64,000 nt of DNA from an uncultured Candidatus Saccharibacteria bacterium (GTDB lineage Bacteria; Patescibacteriota; Minisyncoccia; Minisyncoccales; CAYVNG01): contig CAYVNG010000002.1 in assembly GCA_964452875.1 (NCBI GenBank), positions 1,459 to 65,458 of the forward strand, read 5' to 3'. Position 1 is the first letter of the stretch; the number at the start of each line of letters is the position of its first letter. The notes beneath the pieces were generated by a model. The model did no database searches. It worked only from the letters and a program-made list of their open reading frames with translations, and was not told where the DNA came from. The position numbers and the translations under genes are program-made. This document shows, one piece after another, positions 9,739-19,681 of this stretch.

Positions 9739-10746
9739 TTATATTTTTTTCCCGATGAATGCGGCAAGTTCAGCCAGCCTGCAGGCGTATCCGTATTCGT
9801 TGTCATACCAGGCAAGGATCTTGATAAGATTCTTGTTGGCCATGGTGGAAGATGAATCCACGATTGAAGAATAGCTGTTCCCTTTGTAATCGGAAGAAAC
9901 GAGTTCCTTGTCTTCCACTCCCAGTATGCCCCTCATATCCTTCTCTTCTGAAGCTTTCTTGAGGACGTAGTTCAGCTCTTCGGCCGAAGTATCCTTTTCC
10001 AGCTCGCAGACAAGGTCGATGATGGAGACAGTGGAAGTGGGAACTCTCAAAGCCAATCCGTCCAGCTTCCCCTGCAGGCCGGGTATGGCCTTTCCGATCG
10101 CTTTCGCCGCTCCGGTCGTCGTCGGGATTATGTTCAAGGCGGCCGCCCTGGCGCGCCTCAGGTCGCTGTGAGCCAAATCCAGAATCCTCTGGTCGTTCGT
10201 GTAGCTGTGGACCGTGGTCATGAATCCCTTCCTTATCCCGTATTTCTCGTGGATGACCTTGGCCACCGGGGCCAAGCAGTTGGTGGTGCAAGAGCCCATG
10301 TCTATGATTCTGTCTTTTGCCGGGTCGAATCTCTCGGCATTGATCCCAAGCAAGAACGTCGGTATTTCCTGGTCTTTGGCAGGAGCGGAAATGACCACGT
10401 ATTTGGCCCCGGCCGCTATGTGCTTTCCAGCCCCTTTAATATCCCTGAAAGCTCCTGTGCATTCAAGGACGATGTCTATTCCCATTTCCTTCCAGGGAAG
10501 ATCGGCCGGGTCTTTTTCCGCAAACACCCTGACTTTTGCCCCTTCGACTTCAAGGCTGTCGGGCTTGGCTTTCACTTCTTTGTCATAGATCCCGTAGATC
10601 GAATCGTACTTCAAAAGGTGGGCCAAGACTTTTGGTTCGGCAAGATCGTTGACGGCCGCCACCTCAAGATCGGACACGGTGTCCATTATCTTCCGGAAAA
10701 CCGGGCGGCCTATCCTTCCTAATCCGTTGATCGCTATTTTGATCAT
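9739..10746 (-). CDS. gap: Glyceraldehyde-3-phosphate dehydrogenase
   Basis: 335 aa. NAD-binding INGLGRIGR and catalytic SCTTNCLAP. Confidence 0.95.
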   Translation of the reverse strand: MIKIAINGLGRIGRPVFRKIMDTVSDLEVAAVNDLAEPKVLAHLLKYDSIYGIYDKEVKAKPDSLEVEGAKVRVFAEKDPADLPWKEMGIDIVLECTGAFRDIKGAGKHIAAGAKYVVISAPAKDQEIPTFLLGINAERFDPAKDRIIDMGSCTTNCLAPVAKVIHEKYGIRKGFMTTVHSYTNDQRILDLAHSDLRRARAAALNIIPTTTGAAKAIGKAIPGLQGKLDGLALRVPTSTVSIIDLVCELEKDTSAEELNYVLKKASEEKDMRGILGVEDKELVSSDYKGNSYSSIVDSSSTMANKNLIKILAWYDNEYGYACRLAELAAFIGKKI

Positions 10747-10764
10747 AGTGTTTTTTTATTCGAA

Positions 10765-11004
10765 TTATTCTTTGATGCTTAAAAGCTCGGAAATTTTAGC
10801 CTTGTCGAAGCCGATTATCATCTGGCCGTCGATTTCGACGACGGGAACTCCCATCTGGCCGGTCCTTTCGACCATGTCGTTCCTGGCCTCTTCGTCTTCG
10901 GCAACGTTGATTTCCTGGAATTCAATGCCGTGCTTGGTCAGAAAGCATTTTACGGTCACGCAGTAGGGGCAAACCGGAGTGGAATATACTTTTACTTTTG
11001 CCAT
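10765..11004 (-). CDS. Glutaredoxin-like protein (NrdH/YruB-like)
   Basis: 79 aa. Begins KVYSTPVCPYC with a CPYC redox motif on a thioredoxin fold. Confidence 0.85.
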   Translation of the reverse strand: MAKVKVYSTPVCPYCVTVKCFLTKHGIEFQEINVAEDEEARNDMVERTGQMGVPVVEIDGQMIIGFDKAKISELLSIKE

Positions 11005-11109
11005 GGAATTTTTAAATTATCCGTTTCCAATATTCTAACACATTTTTCGAAAACTTCCCCATAACCGTTCTTTAAGAATATCAGAATAAAATAGTTCGAA
11101 CAAGGACTC

Positions 11110-11135
11110 AAAAAACGGGGCTATCCCCGTTTTTT
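11110..11135 (-). terminator. Intrinsic terminator hairpin (bidirectional shape)
   Basis: AAAAAACGGGG-CTAT-CCCCGTTTTTT, just downstream of the stop of the 11156-12115 gene. Confidence 0.7.
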
Positions 11136-11155
11136 GCTTGAGAAACCGCAAATAA

Positions 11156-12115
11156 TTATCCGCACCCTCCTCTGCTGGAATCGCCTTCACCCTGGCCGAA
11201 ACCGGCAGATGGGACGGAAGTAGAAAGGGTCTGCTGGCATTCCTCGGGCTGTTCGACAAAGGCCGAACAGACCGCGTTCTTGATGCTTTCAGGGTCCCTG
11301 CTCACGCTGACCACCTTGCCGTTTATAACCAAGGTCGGGGAGCCCTGCACCCCGTATTCTTCGTTAAGCCCGGAATGCACCTCGAACAGCGGGTAAGTGC
11401 CCTGCCTCCAGGTGGACTGGTCGTTGTATTTTTCCGTTATCTTGAATTCCTGGTCAGCGGCGGCGACGCACGCCCCTATTTTATTGACGTCTATCTCGGC
11501 CGTCTGGAAGCACTCTTCTGCGCTGCCAGAGACGACAAAGCAGGACAGGTAAGAGGAATATTTGCCCGCTTCCTCTTTCTGGATGCAGTATTGGTTCAGG
11601 TTTTCATCTATCTCCTTTTTGCCGTGCATTATGTAATCCACGAAATAGACGGCCATGTCAGCCTTATTCTTCAAAAGGTCGTAAACGGGCAAGAACCCCT
11701 TTTCGGCCTGAAGCCCGTATGGGCAGTAGCTCATAACGAAGAGCTTCACGTCCGGAACTTCGGCTTCAACCGCTTCCTCTTCGTTGCTTTCTTCGATTTC
11801 CTCTTCCATGTTTATGGGCGGATCCGGGAAAAGGAAAGCGCCGTCCTTGGTCACGTATGAAGTGAAGTCATTGGCTCCCAAGGTGAGAACGAACTTGTAC
11901 AGCCCTTTTTCTTCGGCCACTTCCTTCAAAGTGGCTTCTGACCCCTCTGCCACCAGATAGGCGTTGATGTAACTGATGGCTTTTTCAGCCGCTTCCTGGG
12001 CGGTAAGGACGTTTTTTTCCTTCCCAAAAATGGCGGTGAAAACCAAAGCGCCTGCGACGATAAGGGCTGCTGCAATTAAGGCAACTGGCAAATTATTCTT
12101 TATCTTTTGAAGCAT
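11156..12115 (-). CDS. Membrane-anchored thioredoxin-fold (DsbA-like) protein
   Basis: 319 aa. N-terminal TM helix, then FVMSYCPYGLQ (CxxG/CPYG-type motif) and further conserved Cys. Family assignment made by eye. Confidence 0.6.
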   Translation of the reverse strand: MLQKIKNNLPVALIAAALIVAGALVFTAIFGKEKNVLTAQEAAEKAISYINAYLVAEGSEATLKEVAEEKGLYKFVLTLGANDFTSYVTKDGAFLFPDPPINMEEEIEESNEEEAVEAEVPDVKLFVMSYCPYGLQAEKGFLPVYDLLKNKADMAVYFVDYIMHGKKEIDENLNQYCIQKEEAGKYSSYLSCFVVSGSAEECFQTAEIDVNKIGACVAAADQEFKITEKYNDQSTWRQGTYPLFEVHSGLNEEYGVQGSPTLVINGKVVSVSRDPESIKNAVCSAFVEQPEECQQTLSTSVPSAGFGQGEGDSSRGGCG

Positions 12116-13307
12116 ATTTTTTTATCATTGACATTAATTTTATCTGCCTGAATTTCCCCAATTCTCCGTTTTTGCATCCGGATTCCGAAAATTTTCCCGC
12201 CTTTCTCGTTTTCCTGAGTCCTGATATCAGGACAGGGACGGGCTCAAGACAGTGCCTTTTCAGAAGGCAGCAGGTCGCGTGGTCGCCGGTCACCGCAACC
12301 GAAACGTTTTTTAATCCTAGCAGAGGCTTTATGCTTTTGTCAATTTTCTCGATGAACTTCCTTTTTGCTTTAAAGTCCCCGTCTTCAGCGAAATTATCAG
12401 TCGGCTTTATGTGGCAGAATACGAAATCGTATTTCTTCAAGGCTGCTTTGGCGGCCGAGAATTTCGCTTTAAGATCAGTATCCGGAAGCCCGGTGGCTCC
12501 TTTGACTTCAATGACCTCCATTCCAAGGATGCGTCCTATCCCCTTGTACAGCCCTCCGCCGGCTATGCATACTGCTTTCAATTTATGAAGCTCCTTGAAG
12601 CTCGGGGTTTTCCTCATTTGACCGGCTCCCCTGACTAAAAGGTAATTGGCTTCAAGCTTCCCCTGCTTCCTTCTCAATCTGTTAAGGCTGCAGTTCTTCA
12701 AAATATCGTGCGTCTTTCCAAGATATGAATTAAGGGCTTTGGCGGTGAATCTGGCTTCCTTGCTTTTGTCCAAAGGGACGATCGGAGAAATACTGGCTCC
12801 TGTCTCGTGCGGATCCCCGTCTGAAATGCAAGGAGAAAGGTTCTTTCCCCGCATAACCAAGCCGGCCCTGTGGCCGTAAGACTTCTTGATTACGAATCTC
12901 ACCCCGTCAATGGAAATCCCCTGGAGCATCTTGACTAAGGCTCCTGTTTCCTTCATTCTTCCAGCCCTCCTGTCAACCACCTTGAGGGATTCGTCCACTG
13001 TCCCGAAATTGGCTCTGAAAGCAATATCTCCTTCCTTGAGTTTTATCCCGATGCCGGCGACCTCATAAGGGCCCCTGCCTAAATAGTAGAGTTTAGGGTC
13101 ATACCCCAAAAGGGCCAGATGGGCCGTGTCAGAGCACGGATATTCCTGGGATTTGAGCAAAAAAGGAAGAACAAGCCCGCGAACCCCGCTTCCGGCCAGA
13201 AGGTCAAGGTTCGGAGTCTCAGCTGCTTCAAGAGGAGTCTTGTTTCCGAGCTGCGGGACAGGAGAATCGGCAAGTCCGTCCGCCACGACAAGGATTATTT
13301 TCTTCAT
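12093..13307 (-). CDS. apgM: Cofactor-independent phosphoglycerate mutase, archaeal type
   Basis: 404 aa. N-terminal ILVVADGLADSP...TPLEAAETPNLD, C-terminal VTGDHATCC. Alkaline-phosphatase-superfamily ApgM pattern. Confidence 0.85.
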   Translation of the reverse strand: MKKIILVVADGLADSPVPQLGNKTPLEAAETPNLDLLAGSGVRGLVLPFLLKSQEYPCSDTAHLALLGYDPKLYYLGRGPYEVAGIGIKLKEGDIAFRANFGTVDESLKVVDRRAGRMKETGALVKMLQGISIDGVRFVIKKSYGHRAGLVMRGKNLSPCISDGDPHETGASISPIVPLDKSKEARFTAKALNSYLGKTHDILKNCSLNRLRRKQGKLEANYLLVRGAGQMRKTPSFKELHKLKAVCIAGGGLYKGIGRILGMEVIEVKGATGLPDTDLKAKFSAAKAALKKYDFVFCHIKPTDNFAEDGDFKAKRKFIEKIDKSIKPLLGLKNVSVAVTGDHATCCLLKRHCLEPVPVLISGLRKTRKAGKFSESGCKNGELGKFRQIKLMSMIKKYASKDKE

Positions 13308-14554
13308 TGGTTTGAAATCTCCTTTTCTATTTCCATGAGCCTGTTGTATTTGGCGACCCTTTCTCCCCTGGCCGGAGCCCCGGATTTGATGAAGTCAGCG
13401 CCAATGCCGACCGACAAATCAGCTATGAAGTCGTCGCAGGTTTCTCCGGATCTGTGGGAAACCATGACTTTCCAACCGAAAGATTTGGCGAGATTCGCCG
13501 CCATGACTGATTCGGTGACCGTTCCGATCTGATTCACTTTCAATAATAGGCCGGAACAGGCTTTTTCCCCGAAGGCGGTCTTGATCCTTTCCGGATTCGT
13601 CACCAAAAGATCGTCCCCTATGACCAAAAATCTGCCTTTGCTTTTTTCTGCCATCATTGAAAATCCCTGCCAGTCATTTTCTTCAAAAGGATCCTCAAAC
13701 GAGATTATCGGGTATTTAAAAGCCAAGCCCAGGTAGTATTCAAGAAGCTTTTCTTTGGAATATGCCTTGCCGTTGATATGATATTTGCCGTTCCTGAAAA
13801 TTTGGGAAGCTGCGCAGTCCAGAGCTATCGTCATCTTTCCCTTGTATCCTGCGCTTTCGAACGCGGCCATGATCAGATCCAGGGCCTCTTTCGGGTCTTT
13901 CAGCGAAGGGGCGAATCCCCCTTCGTCCCCGACGTTCGCGCCCGATTCAGAATATCTTTCTTTGATGATTTTTTTCAGGCAATGGTATGTCTCAGAAGAC
14001 ATCTGCATCATTTTGGAAAACCCCTTTGCTTTGGGCACTATCATGAACTCCTGGATGTCGAGGTCGTTTCCGGCATGGGCCCCGCCGTTTATGATGTTCA
14101 GGCTGGGAACCGGAAGTTTCAAAGGCCCTGACCCTGCAAGATTGGAAATATGCCTGTAAAGGGGGATGTTTTTCGAAGCCGCCCCTGCTCGGCACACGGC
14201 AAGGGAAGCGCCGAGGAGCGCGTTTGCCCCCAGCCTTGATTTATTCTTCGTTCCGTCGATCCTGATCAAAATCCCGTCTATTTTCCCCTGGTCTGCAGGA
14301 TCAAGCCCCTCGATCTTCGGCCCGATTATCTCATTGACGTTCCTTGCCGCTTTCAGCACCCCTTTGCCCGAATACCTCTTTTCATTGTCCCGCAGTTCCA
14401 CCGCCTCATATTCGCCAGTGGAGGCTCCGGAAGGCACCCCGGCGGAAAATTCCTTTCCGGCGGCAAAGACCTTCACTTCCAGAGTCGGATTCCCTCTTGA
14501 ATCCAGTATCTCCCTGGCTGAAACCTTTTCTATCGCAAATCTTTTTTTGATCAT
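13304..14554 (-). CDS. eno: Enolase
   Basis: 416 aa. ILDSRGNPTLEV and SHRSGETCD signatures. ATGA-type overlaps with both neighbours. Confidence 0.95.
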   Translation of the reverse strand: MIKKRFAIEKVSAREILDSRGNPTLEVKVFAAGKEFSAGVPSGASTGEYEAVELRDNEKRYSGKGVLKAARNVNEIIGPKIEGLDPADQGKIDGILIRIDGTKNKSRLGANALLGASLAVCRAGAASKNIPLYRHISNLAGSGPLKLPVPSLNIINGGAHAGNDLDIQEFMIVPKAKGFSKMMQMSSETYHCLKKIIKERYSESGANVGDEGGFAPSLKDPKEALDLIMAAFESAGYKGKMTIALDCAASQIFRNGKYHINGKAYSKEKLLEYYLGLAFKYPIISFEDPFEENDWQGFSMMAEKSKGRFLVIGDDLLVTNPERIKTAFGEKACSGLLLKVNQIGTVTESVMAANLAKSFGWKVMVSHRSGETCDDFIADLSVGIGADFIKSGAPARGERVAKYNRLMEIEKEISNQ

Positions 14555-15474
14555 AATTTTTCGAGGTATGAGATGGCTGACAACGCAGCTTTCGCCCCTT
14601 CGCCGCAGGCCACCGATATCTGTTTGTATCTGACGTCGCTGGCGTCCCCGGCGGCGAAAAGACCGGCGGTTTCGGTTTCGCAGGTTTTAGGATCGATCTT
14701 TATCTCGTCGCATTCGGAAAACTCCACCAATCCTTTTACAAAAGAAGTGGCCGGCATCAGCCCGACTTCGATGAAAACCCCGTCCACTTCAAGCTCATAG
14801 GTTTTTCCGCTTTCCATTTCCTGGAGGACGACGGATTTCACGACGCTTTTCCCTTTAATCTCCTTGAGCAGGGTGGAAACTGCGACTTCCGCTTTTCCGG
14901 TCTTTTCCAGCAGAATCTGGTTAGCCTTGTCTGCTCGGACCTTAGGAGAGCATTCAAACACGTATATTTTCTTTGCCCATGAACTCAAGGACAATGATGT
15001 TTCAAAGGCTGAATTTCCCCCTCCGATCACGGCCACAACCTTGTCTTTAAAAAAGGGGCCGTCGCAGATAGCGCAGTAACTCACCCCTTTGCCGGTGAAT
15101 TCCTTTTCGCCAGGAACTTCAAGCGGCCTGGGATCGGCTCCCGAAGCTATTATCATCGATTTCGCCTTGAAGATTTTTTTAGATCCGGTCTTAACGAAAA
15201 AAAGGCCTTCTTTCTTTTCGATCTTCGTGACCGAATCAGCTTCGAAAGGAAAATTGAAGGAAGCGAGATGGTCCTTCAGTTTTTCCGCCAGATCTGATCC
15301 TTTTATCTCGAAAAATCCCGGGTAGTTCTCGATTTTCACCGCCTTTTTGTTTATCTGCCCTCCGAAGTCCTTCGTTATCATCAAGGCGTTGAGGTTCTGG
15401 CGGGCAGCATAAATGCCGGCGGTTATGCCGGCAGGCCCCCCGCCGACTATGATCAAGTCGAAAATATTATCCAT
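14551..15474 (-). CDS. trxB: Thioredoxin-disulfide reductase-like flavoprotein
   Basis: 307 aa. FAD motif IIVGGGPAGITAG, redox-active CAICDG, second dinucleotide motif VIGGGNSA. Confidence 0.8.
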   Translation of the reverse strand: MDNIFDLIIVGGGPAGITAGIYAARQNLNALMITKDFGGQINKKAVKIENYPGFFEIKGSDLAEKLKDHLASFNFPFEADSVTKIEKKEGLFFVKTGSKKIFKAKSMIIASGADPRPLEVPGEKEFTGKGVSYCAICDGPFFKDKVVAVIGGGNSAFETSLSLSSWAKKIYVFECSPKVRADKANQILLEKTGKAEVAVSTLLKEIKGKSVVKSVVLQEMESGKTYELEVDGVFIEVGLMPATSFVKGLVEFSECDEIKIDPKTCETETAGLFAAGDASDVRYKQISVACGEGAKAALSAISYLEKL

Positions 15475-16699
15475 TTTTTCTTAAGAAGGAGGGGAATTCC
15501 CATTTTTTTTCCTCAGCCAGAATTTCCTTTTCTTCCTTTTCTTCCTCTTTTTTGACGGCCAAGGCGTTCTTCCTTTTGGTCTTTGCGGCCCGGACATTGC
15601 CGGGTTCTTCCTCTTTGGTCGGCTGTTCTTCCTGCTTTTGTTTTGAAATCTTTTTCTTCTTTGACGACTTTTTCTTTTCCTGAACCTTGTTTTCCATTTT
15701 TTTGTCGAAAATTTCCGGATTCTTGGTGGCCAGCAGCGTTATGCCTATTTTCCCCTCTTCTTCGCCGGGCATCGAAACCCCGAAGATTATCTTCGCTTTC
15801 CGGTTGGAAGCAAAAACCAGCCCGCTTATCTGGTCGACTTCAGACATTTTAAGGTCCCTGCCCGCTTCAATGTTAAAGAGTATCCTGTCTGCCTTCTGGA
15901 ACTCCTGCTCCTGAAGCACGTTCTGGACGACTTCTCCGGCTGCTTTGGCCGCCCTTTCTTCGCCGATTGCCACTGCCCTGTTCAGAAAACAGCTTTTCCC
16001 CCTGCCGTCAAGAACGGTTTTGAAATCCGCCCAGTCTATATTGATCAGCCCGGCCCTGTAGATCATATCCATCAGCCCTTCCAGGTTGAAAGCCATTTTC
16101 CTGTTGATCGTCGAAAGGGCCTCCTTTAAGGGAACGGATTTGCTTGCAATCTGGAATATCCTGTCGTTCGGGATGGTGCTGAAAGCGCTGAGATCGGCCT
16201 TCATTTTCCTTAAAGAATTCCTGGCAACGGTCTTTTTCTTCTCCCCTTCGAAGTCAAAAGGAAAGGTGAATATTCCCAATATGCTTTTTTTAAGGGTTCT
16301 GGCTATTTCGGCTATGACGGGCGAAGCTCCAGAACCCGTCCCTCCTCCCAAAGAGGCTATGAGGATGCAGAAATCAGATCCTTCAAGGATGCTTTTTATC
16401 TTTTCCTTGGCTTCCCTGGCCGCTTTCTCTCCCAATTCGACGTTCATTCCGCATCCCAGTCCTCCGGTCAAAGACTGCCCTATCTTCAGGATTTTGCATT
16501 CCTTGGGAATCTTTCTCAAAGCCTGCTCGTCCGTGTTGACGGCTATGAAGTCTATATTCCTGAGGATTTTGCTCTTGGCGATTTCGGAAACTATGGAGCT
16601 TCCTCCTCCGCCCACCCCGATGACCTTTATTTTCGTCCTCGGAGACTTGAACCCTTCCTTCTTTGCCGGCTTTGAAATTTTTGTTTTTCTTTTTGTCAT
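15467..16699 (-). CDS. ftsZ: Cell division protein FtsZ
   Basis: 410 aa. GVGGGGS and tubulin signature GGGTGSGASPVIA. Lys/Glu-rich linker and C-terminal peptide WEFPSFLRK. Confidence 0.95.
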   Translation of the reverse strand: MTKRKTKISKPAKKEGFKSPRTKIKVIGVGGGGSSIVSEIAKSKILRNIDFIAVNTDEQALRKIPKECKILKIGQSLTGGLGCGMNVELGEKAAREAKEKIKSILEGSDFCILIASLGGGTGSGASPVIAEIARTLKKSILGIFTFPFDFEGEKKKTVARNSLRKMKADLSAFSTIPNDRIFQIASKSVPLKEALSTINRKMAFNLEGLMDMIYRAGLINIDWADFKTVLDGRGKSCFLNRAVAIGEERAAKAAGEVVQNVLQEQEFQKADRILFNIEAGRDLKMSEVDQISGLVFASNRKAKIIFGVSMPGEEEGKIGITLLATKNPEIFDKKMENKVQEKKKSSKKKKISKQKQEEQPTKEEEPGNVRAAKTKRKNALAVKKEEEKEEKEILAEEKKWEFPSFLRKNG

Positions 16700-16711
16700 G
16701 AATTTCCCTTT

Positions 16712-17743
16712 TTATTCTATTTTAATACTTTCGGCCCAAGGGTCAACCAAAATCCCCCCGCCGATGACTTCGTCCTTTGAATAAAAGACTGCGGACTGGC
16801 CGGGAGTCAAGGCTTTCTGGCCGGATTTAAAAACGATCCTCAGGCATCCTTTTGGAAGCCTTTCCAGGATTGCTTGAACTGGCTCTTTCCTGTATCTCAC
16901 CTTCACAAAAGCCTTAAAGGGGAATCGAGGAGCAGATCCGGAGATCCAATTTACATCGCAGACCTTAGCCTCCTTGGAATACAAATCCCTTTCATCGCCC
17001 GTCACTATCAGGGCATTGTTCTCCAAATCCTTTTTAAAGACGTAATAAGGGCCTTTGGGGAGGCCTATCCCTTTTCTCTGGCCTATGGTGTAAAGCCAAA
17101 GGCCTTTGTGCCTGCCCAAGATCTTCCCGCCCCTGTCCTTTATCTCCCCTTCCTTCACCGGCAGATGATCTGAAAGGAACCGGCAGAGGGTTCCTGGAAC
17201 AAAGCATATCTCCTGCGACGATTTCTGTCCCGAGAAAGGCAGATTGAGCTCCTTTGCCATGGCCCTTGCTTCTTTCTTCGTATAGTTCCCGAGAGGGAAA
17301 ATGACTTTTTCCAGTTTCTTTTTGGAAAGCCTCCAAAGGAAATAGGACTGATCCTTGTCTTTGTCTTTCCCTTTAAACAGCCTTCCGTTCAAGGTCCTGG
17401 CATAATGCCCGGTGGCCATGAATTCACCTGACCTGAAAGGCGCCTTGAATTTTATTTCTTCGTTGCAGACCACGCACGGATTCGGCGTCATTCCTTTTTT
17501 TTGGCCTTTCAAAAAAGGATTGATCACTTTCCTTTGGAATTCCTTCCTTAAATCGACGGCTGAGAAAGGGATAGCTAGCGCTTTGGCAGCCGCCCTAGCT
17601 TCCTTCTCCTGGATAGAAGGCTTCTGGAGTCTGAAAAACATTCCTTTGACATTAAAACCAGCCCTTTTCAACAGGGCTGCGGCGACAGAGCTGTCCACTC
17701 CCCCGGACATCGCTATTGTTATCCGGCCGGTTTTCGTTTTCAT
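16712..17743 (-). CDS. mnmA: tRNA-specific 2-thiouridylase
   Basis: 343 aa. PP-loop AMSGGVDSS, catalytic Cys context PNPCVVCN. Confidence 0.9.
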   Translation of the reverse strand: MKTKTGRITIAMSGGVDSSVAAALLKRAGFNVKGMFFRLQKPSIQEKEARAAAKALAIPFSAVDLRKEFQRKVINPFLKGQKKGMTPNPCVVCNEEIKFKAPFRSGEFMATGHYARTLNGRLFKGKDKDKDQSYFLWRLSKKKLEKVIFPLGNYTKKEARAMAKELNLPFSGQKSSQEICFVPGTLCRFLSDHLPVKEGEIKDRGGKILGRHKGLWLYTIGQRKGIGLPKGPYYVFKKDLENNALIVTGDERDLYSKEAKVCDVNWISGSAPRFPFKAFVKVRYRKEPVQAILERLPKGCLRIVFKSGQKALTPGQSAVFYSKDEVIGGGILVDPWAESIKIE

Positions 17744-17744
17744 A

Positions 17745-18269
17745 TCAAGAATACCTGTCAGCCACGTTCGAAGCGGCGAAGGATTCAGGCTTTATGCAGG
17801 GCTCGAATCCAGAGCCCCGGATAAGGCCGACCACTTCCCTTATCATATCCTTGGTCTTGCCGTTTTCGCCGACATCGGCGTGGATGTATCTGAACTGGTA
17901 ATCTAAATTTGCATGAGATTTCTTGGCGCGGTCGGATATTTTTTCCTTCATCAGCAGGGCAAGCTGGCAGGAAAGCAGGACTTCTTCCAGGATCCTTTCT
18001 TTCCAGCTGAAAAATCTCCTCCGCTGGTAATTCACCCGTTTCAGGAAAAACCTCCCTCCTTTCCCCTGCCTCAAGACGACGACGGCTATGGGGAAATTCG
18101 GATGCTCCTCTGACGAGGAATCGCAGCCGACGATGACGTCGTAAAACTTTTCAGGAAACTCTTCCATATAGGAGATTATCTCTCCCACCGCGGCTTCCAG
18201 CGCCAAATTCCCCTTTGTGGGATTGAAAAAATCACCTTCCAAAATCTCGTTGCTGAAAATCTGACTCAT
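17745..18269 (-). CDS. RNase H-like YkuK/DUF458-family protein (tentative)
   Basis: 174 aa. Pattern VIVGCDSS...FPIAVVVLRQGKGGRFF resembles DUF458. Assignment made from memory of the family. Confidence 0.45.
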   Translation of the reverse strand: MSQIFSNEILEGDFFNPTKGNLALEAAVGEIISYMEEFPEKFYDVIVGCDSSSEEHPNFPIAVVVLRQGKGGRFFLKRVNYQRRRFFSWKERILEEVLLSCQLALLMKEKISDRAKKSHANLDYQFRYIHADVGENGKTKDMIREVVGLIRGSGFEPCIKPESFAASNVADRYS

Positions 18270-18302
18270 GATTACCTAGCCTATATTATGTAATCTGAAA
18301 AA

Positions 18303-19067
18303 TCAAACCCTAGAAACGGCATCGACTATCTTTATGAACTCGGCCGGTTTCAAGGAAGCTCCGCCGACCAAAAGGCCGCTGAATCCCGCTTCCTTCACGT
18401 AGCCTTGGGCGTTTTCTGCGCCTACGCTGCCGCCGTAAAGTATGTCAACTTTTGCGGAAGCTTTCTTGCCGTAGATCTTCTCGAATATCCTTCTCAGCAA
18501 AAGACACATGCTCTGGGCTTCCTGGACAGGGCAGGCGTTCCCTGTGCCCACTGCCCAAACAGGCTCGTAAGCCAGGACCACTTTTTCAGCCTCTTTTCTC
18601 TTTACCCCTTTCGTCACTTCCTTGATCTTTTCTTCAAGGACCTGTTTCGTTATTCCTTCCTTCCTCTGGTTCATGGTTTCGCCGACGCAGATAACGGGGA
18701 TGAGGCCGGCGGCCAAGGCGGTTTTGACTTTCTTATTGACCATCCCGTCGGTTTCAGAAAAAAAGGCCCGCCTTTCAGAATGTCCCAGGATGACGTATTT
18801 GCATCTGAGGCTTTTAAGCATCAAAGCCGACACTTCTCCCGTGAAAGCCCCTCTCTCCTGCCAGAAGCAGTTCTGGGCTCCGGCTTTGATCCTGCCTTCC
18901 TTTTTTGGGAAAATCCCTGCCAAAAAAGCGAAAGGAGGGCAGATTGCGACTTCCGCCTTTTTCAGGCTGCTCCCTTTGATTCCTTTGGACAGAAGCCTGA
19001 AGTTGCGTACGGCTTCCGCAAAGGAGTCGGGATTGCACTTCCAGTTCCCTATCACCAGTTTTTTCAT
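18303..19067 (-). CDS. tpiA: Triosephosphate isomerase
   Basis: 254 aa. GNWKCN, ILGHSERR, AYEPVWAVGTG. Confidence 0.95.
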   Translation of the reverse strand: MKKLVIGNWKCNPDSFAEAVRNFRLLSKGIKGSSLKKAEVAICPPFAFLAGIFPKKEGRIKAGAQNCFWQERGAFTGEVSALMLKSLRCKYVILGHSERRAFFSETDGMVNKKVKTALAAGLIPVICVGETMNQRKEGITKQVLEEKIKEVTKGVKRKEAEKVVLAYEPVWAVGTGNACPVQEAQSMCLLLRRIFEKIYGKKASAKVDILYGGSVGAENAQGYVKEAGFSGLLVGGASLKPAEFIKIVDAVSRV

Positions 19068-19678
19068 GTTTTTTTCCTTTTTATTTGCTTATAAACGAAA
19101 AATATCAGCGAAGCCAGCACCAGAAAAAAGATCAGCCAGTCGAACTTCCTGAAATAAGATTCAAGGCCGTCCCAGTTCTCCCCCATTACAACGCCGGCGT
19201 AAGCAAGGACGAAAGACCAGGGCAAAGAACCCAGGAAGGTGTACAAGGAAAACTTCCCCAAAGGCATTTTCGCGCATCCGGCCGGAAGGGAAATGAAGGT
19301 TCTCACCAAAAGGACCATCCTTGAAAAGAATATCCCGAAACCGCCGTATTTCAGAAACCATTTTTCCGCCCTTTCCAGGTCTCCGGGGAAAACGAAGAAA
19401 TATTTCCCGTATTTAAGGATTATTTTCCTCCCTCCTAAAGAACCTATGAAATAAGCGGCCAAAGATCCGATGAGATTGCCTAGCGTCCCCCAGAGCACTA
19501 CCTGCCAAAGCAGAAAAGATCCTTTGAAAGCCAGGTATCCCGAAAACGGCATGATGATCTCCGAAGGAATGGGAATGCAGGCCGATTCCAGGGCCATCAA
19601 AACGGTTATCCCCAGATAGCCTGATCTGGAGATCGTTTCCACGACCAAGGATGAAATCGATGATAGGATTTCGTACAT
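19064..19678 (-). CDS. DedA/SNARE-associated family membrane protein
   Basis: 204 aa, multi-TM. Motif IPIPSEIIMPFSGYL typical of DedA. Confidence 0.75.
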   Translation of the reverse strand: MYEILSSISSLVVETISRSGYLGITVLMALESACIPIPSEIIMPFSGYLAFKGSFLLWQVVLWGTLGNLIGSLAAYFIGSLGGRKIILKYGKYFFVFPGDLERAEKWFLKYGGFGIFFSRMVLLVRTFISLPAGCAKMPLGKFSLYTFLGSLPWSFVLAYAGVVMGENWDGLESYFRKFDWLIFFLVLASLIFFVYKQIKRKKT

Positions 19679-19681
19679 TTA

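Noticed and set aside
9803-10291. A 162-aa minus-strand ORF inside gap.
   Set aside because: It is an out-of-frame ORF within the GAPDH gene. The translation is Arg/Gly/His-rich nonsense.
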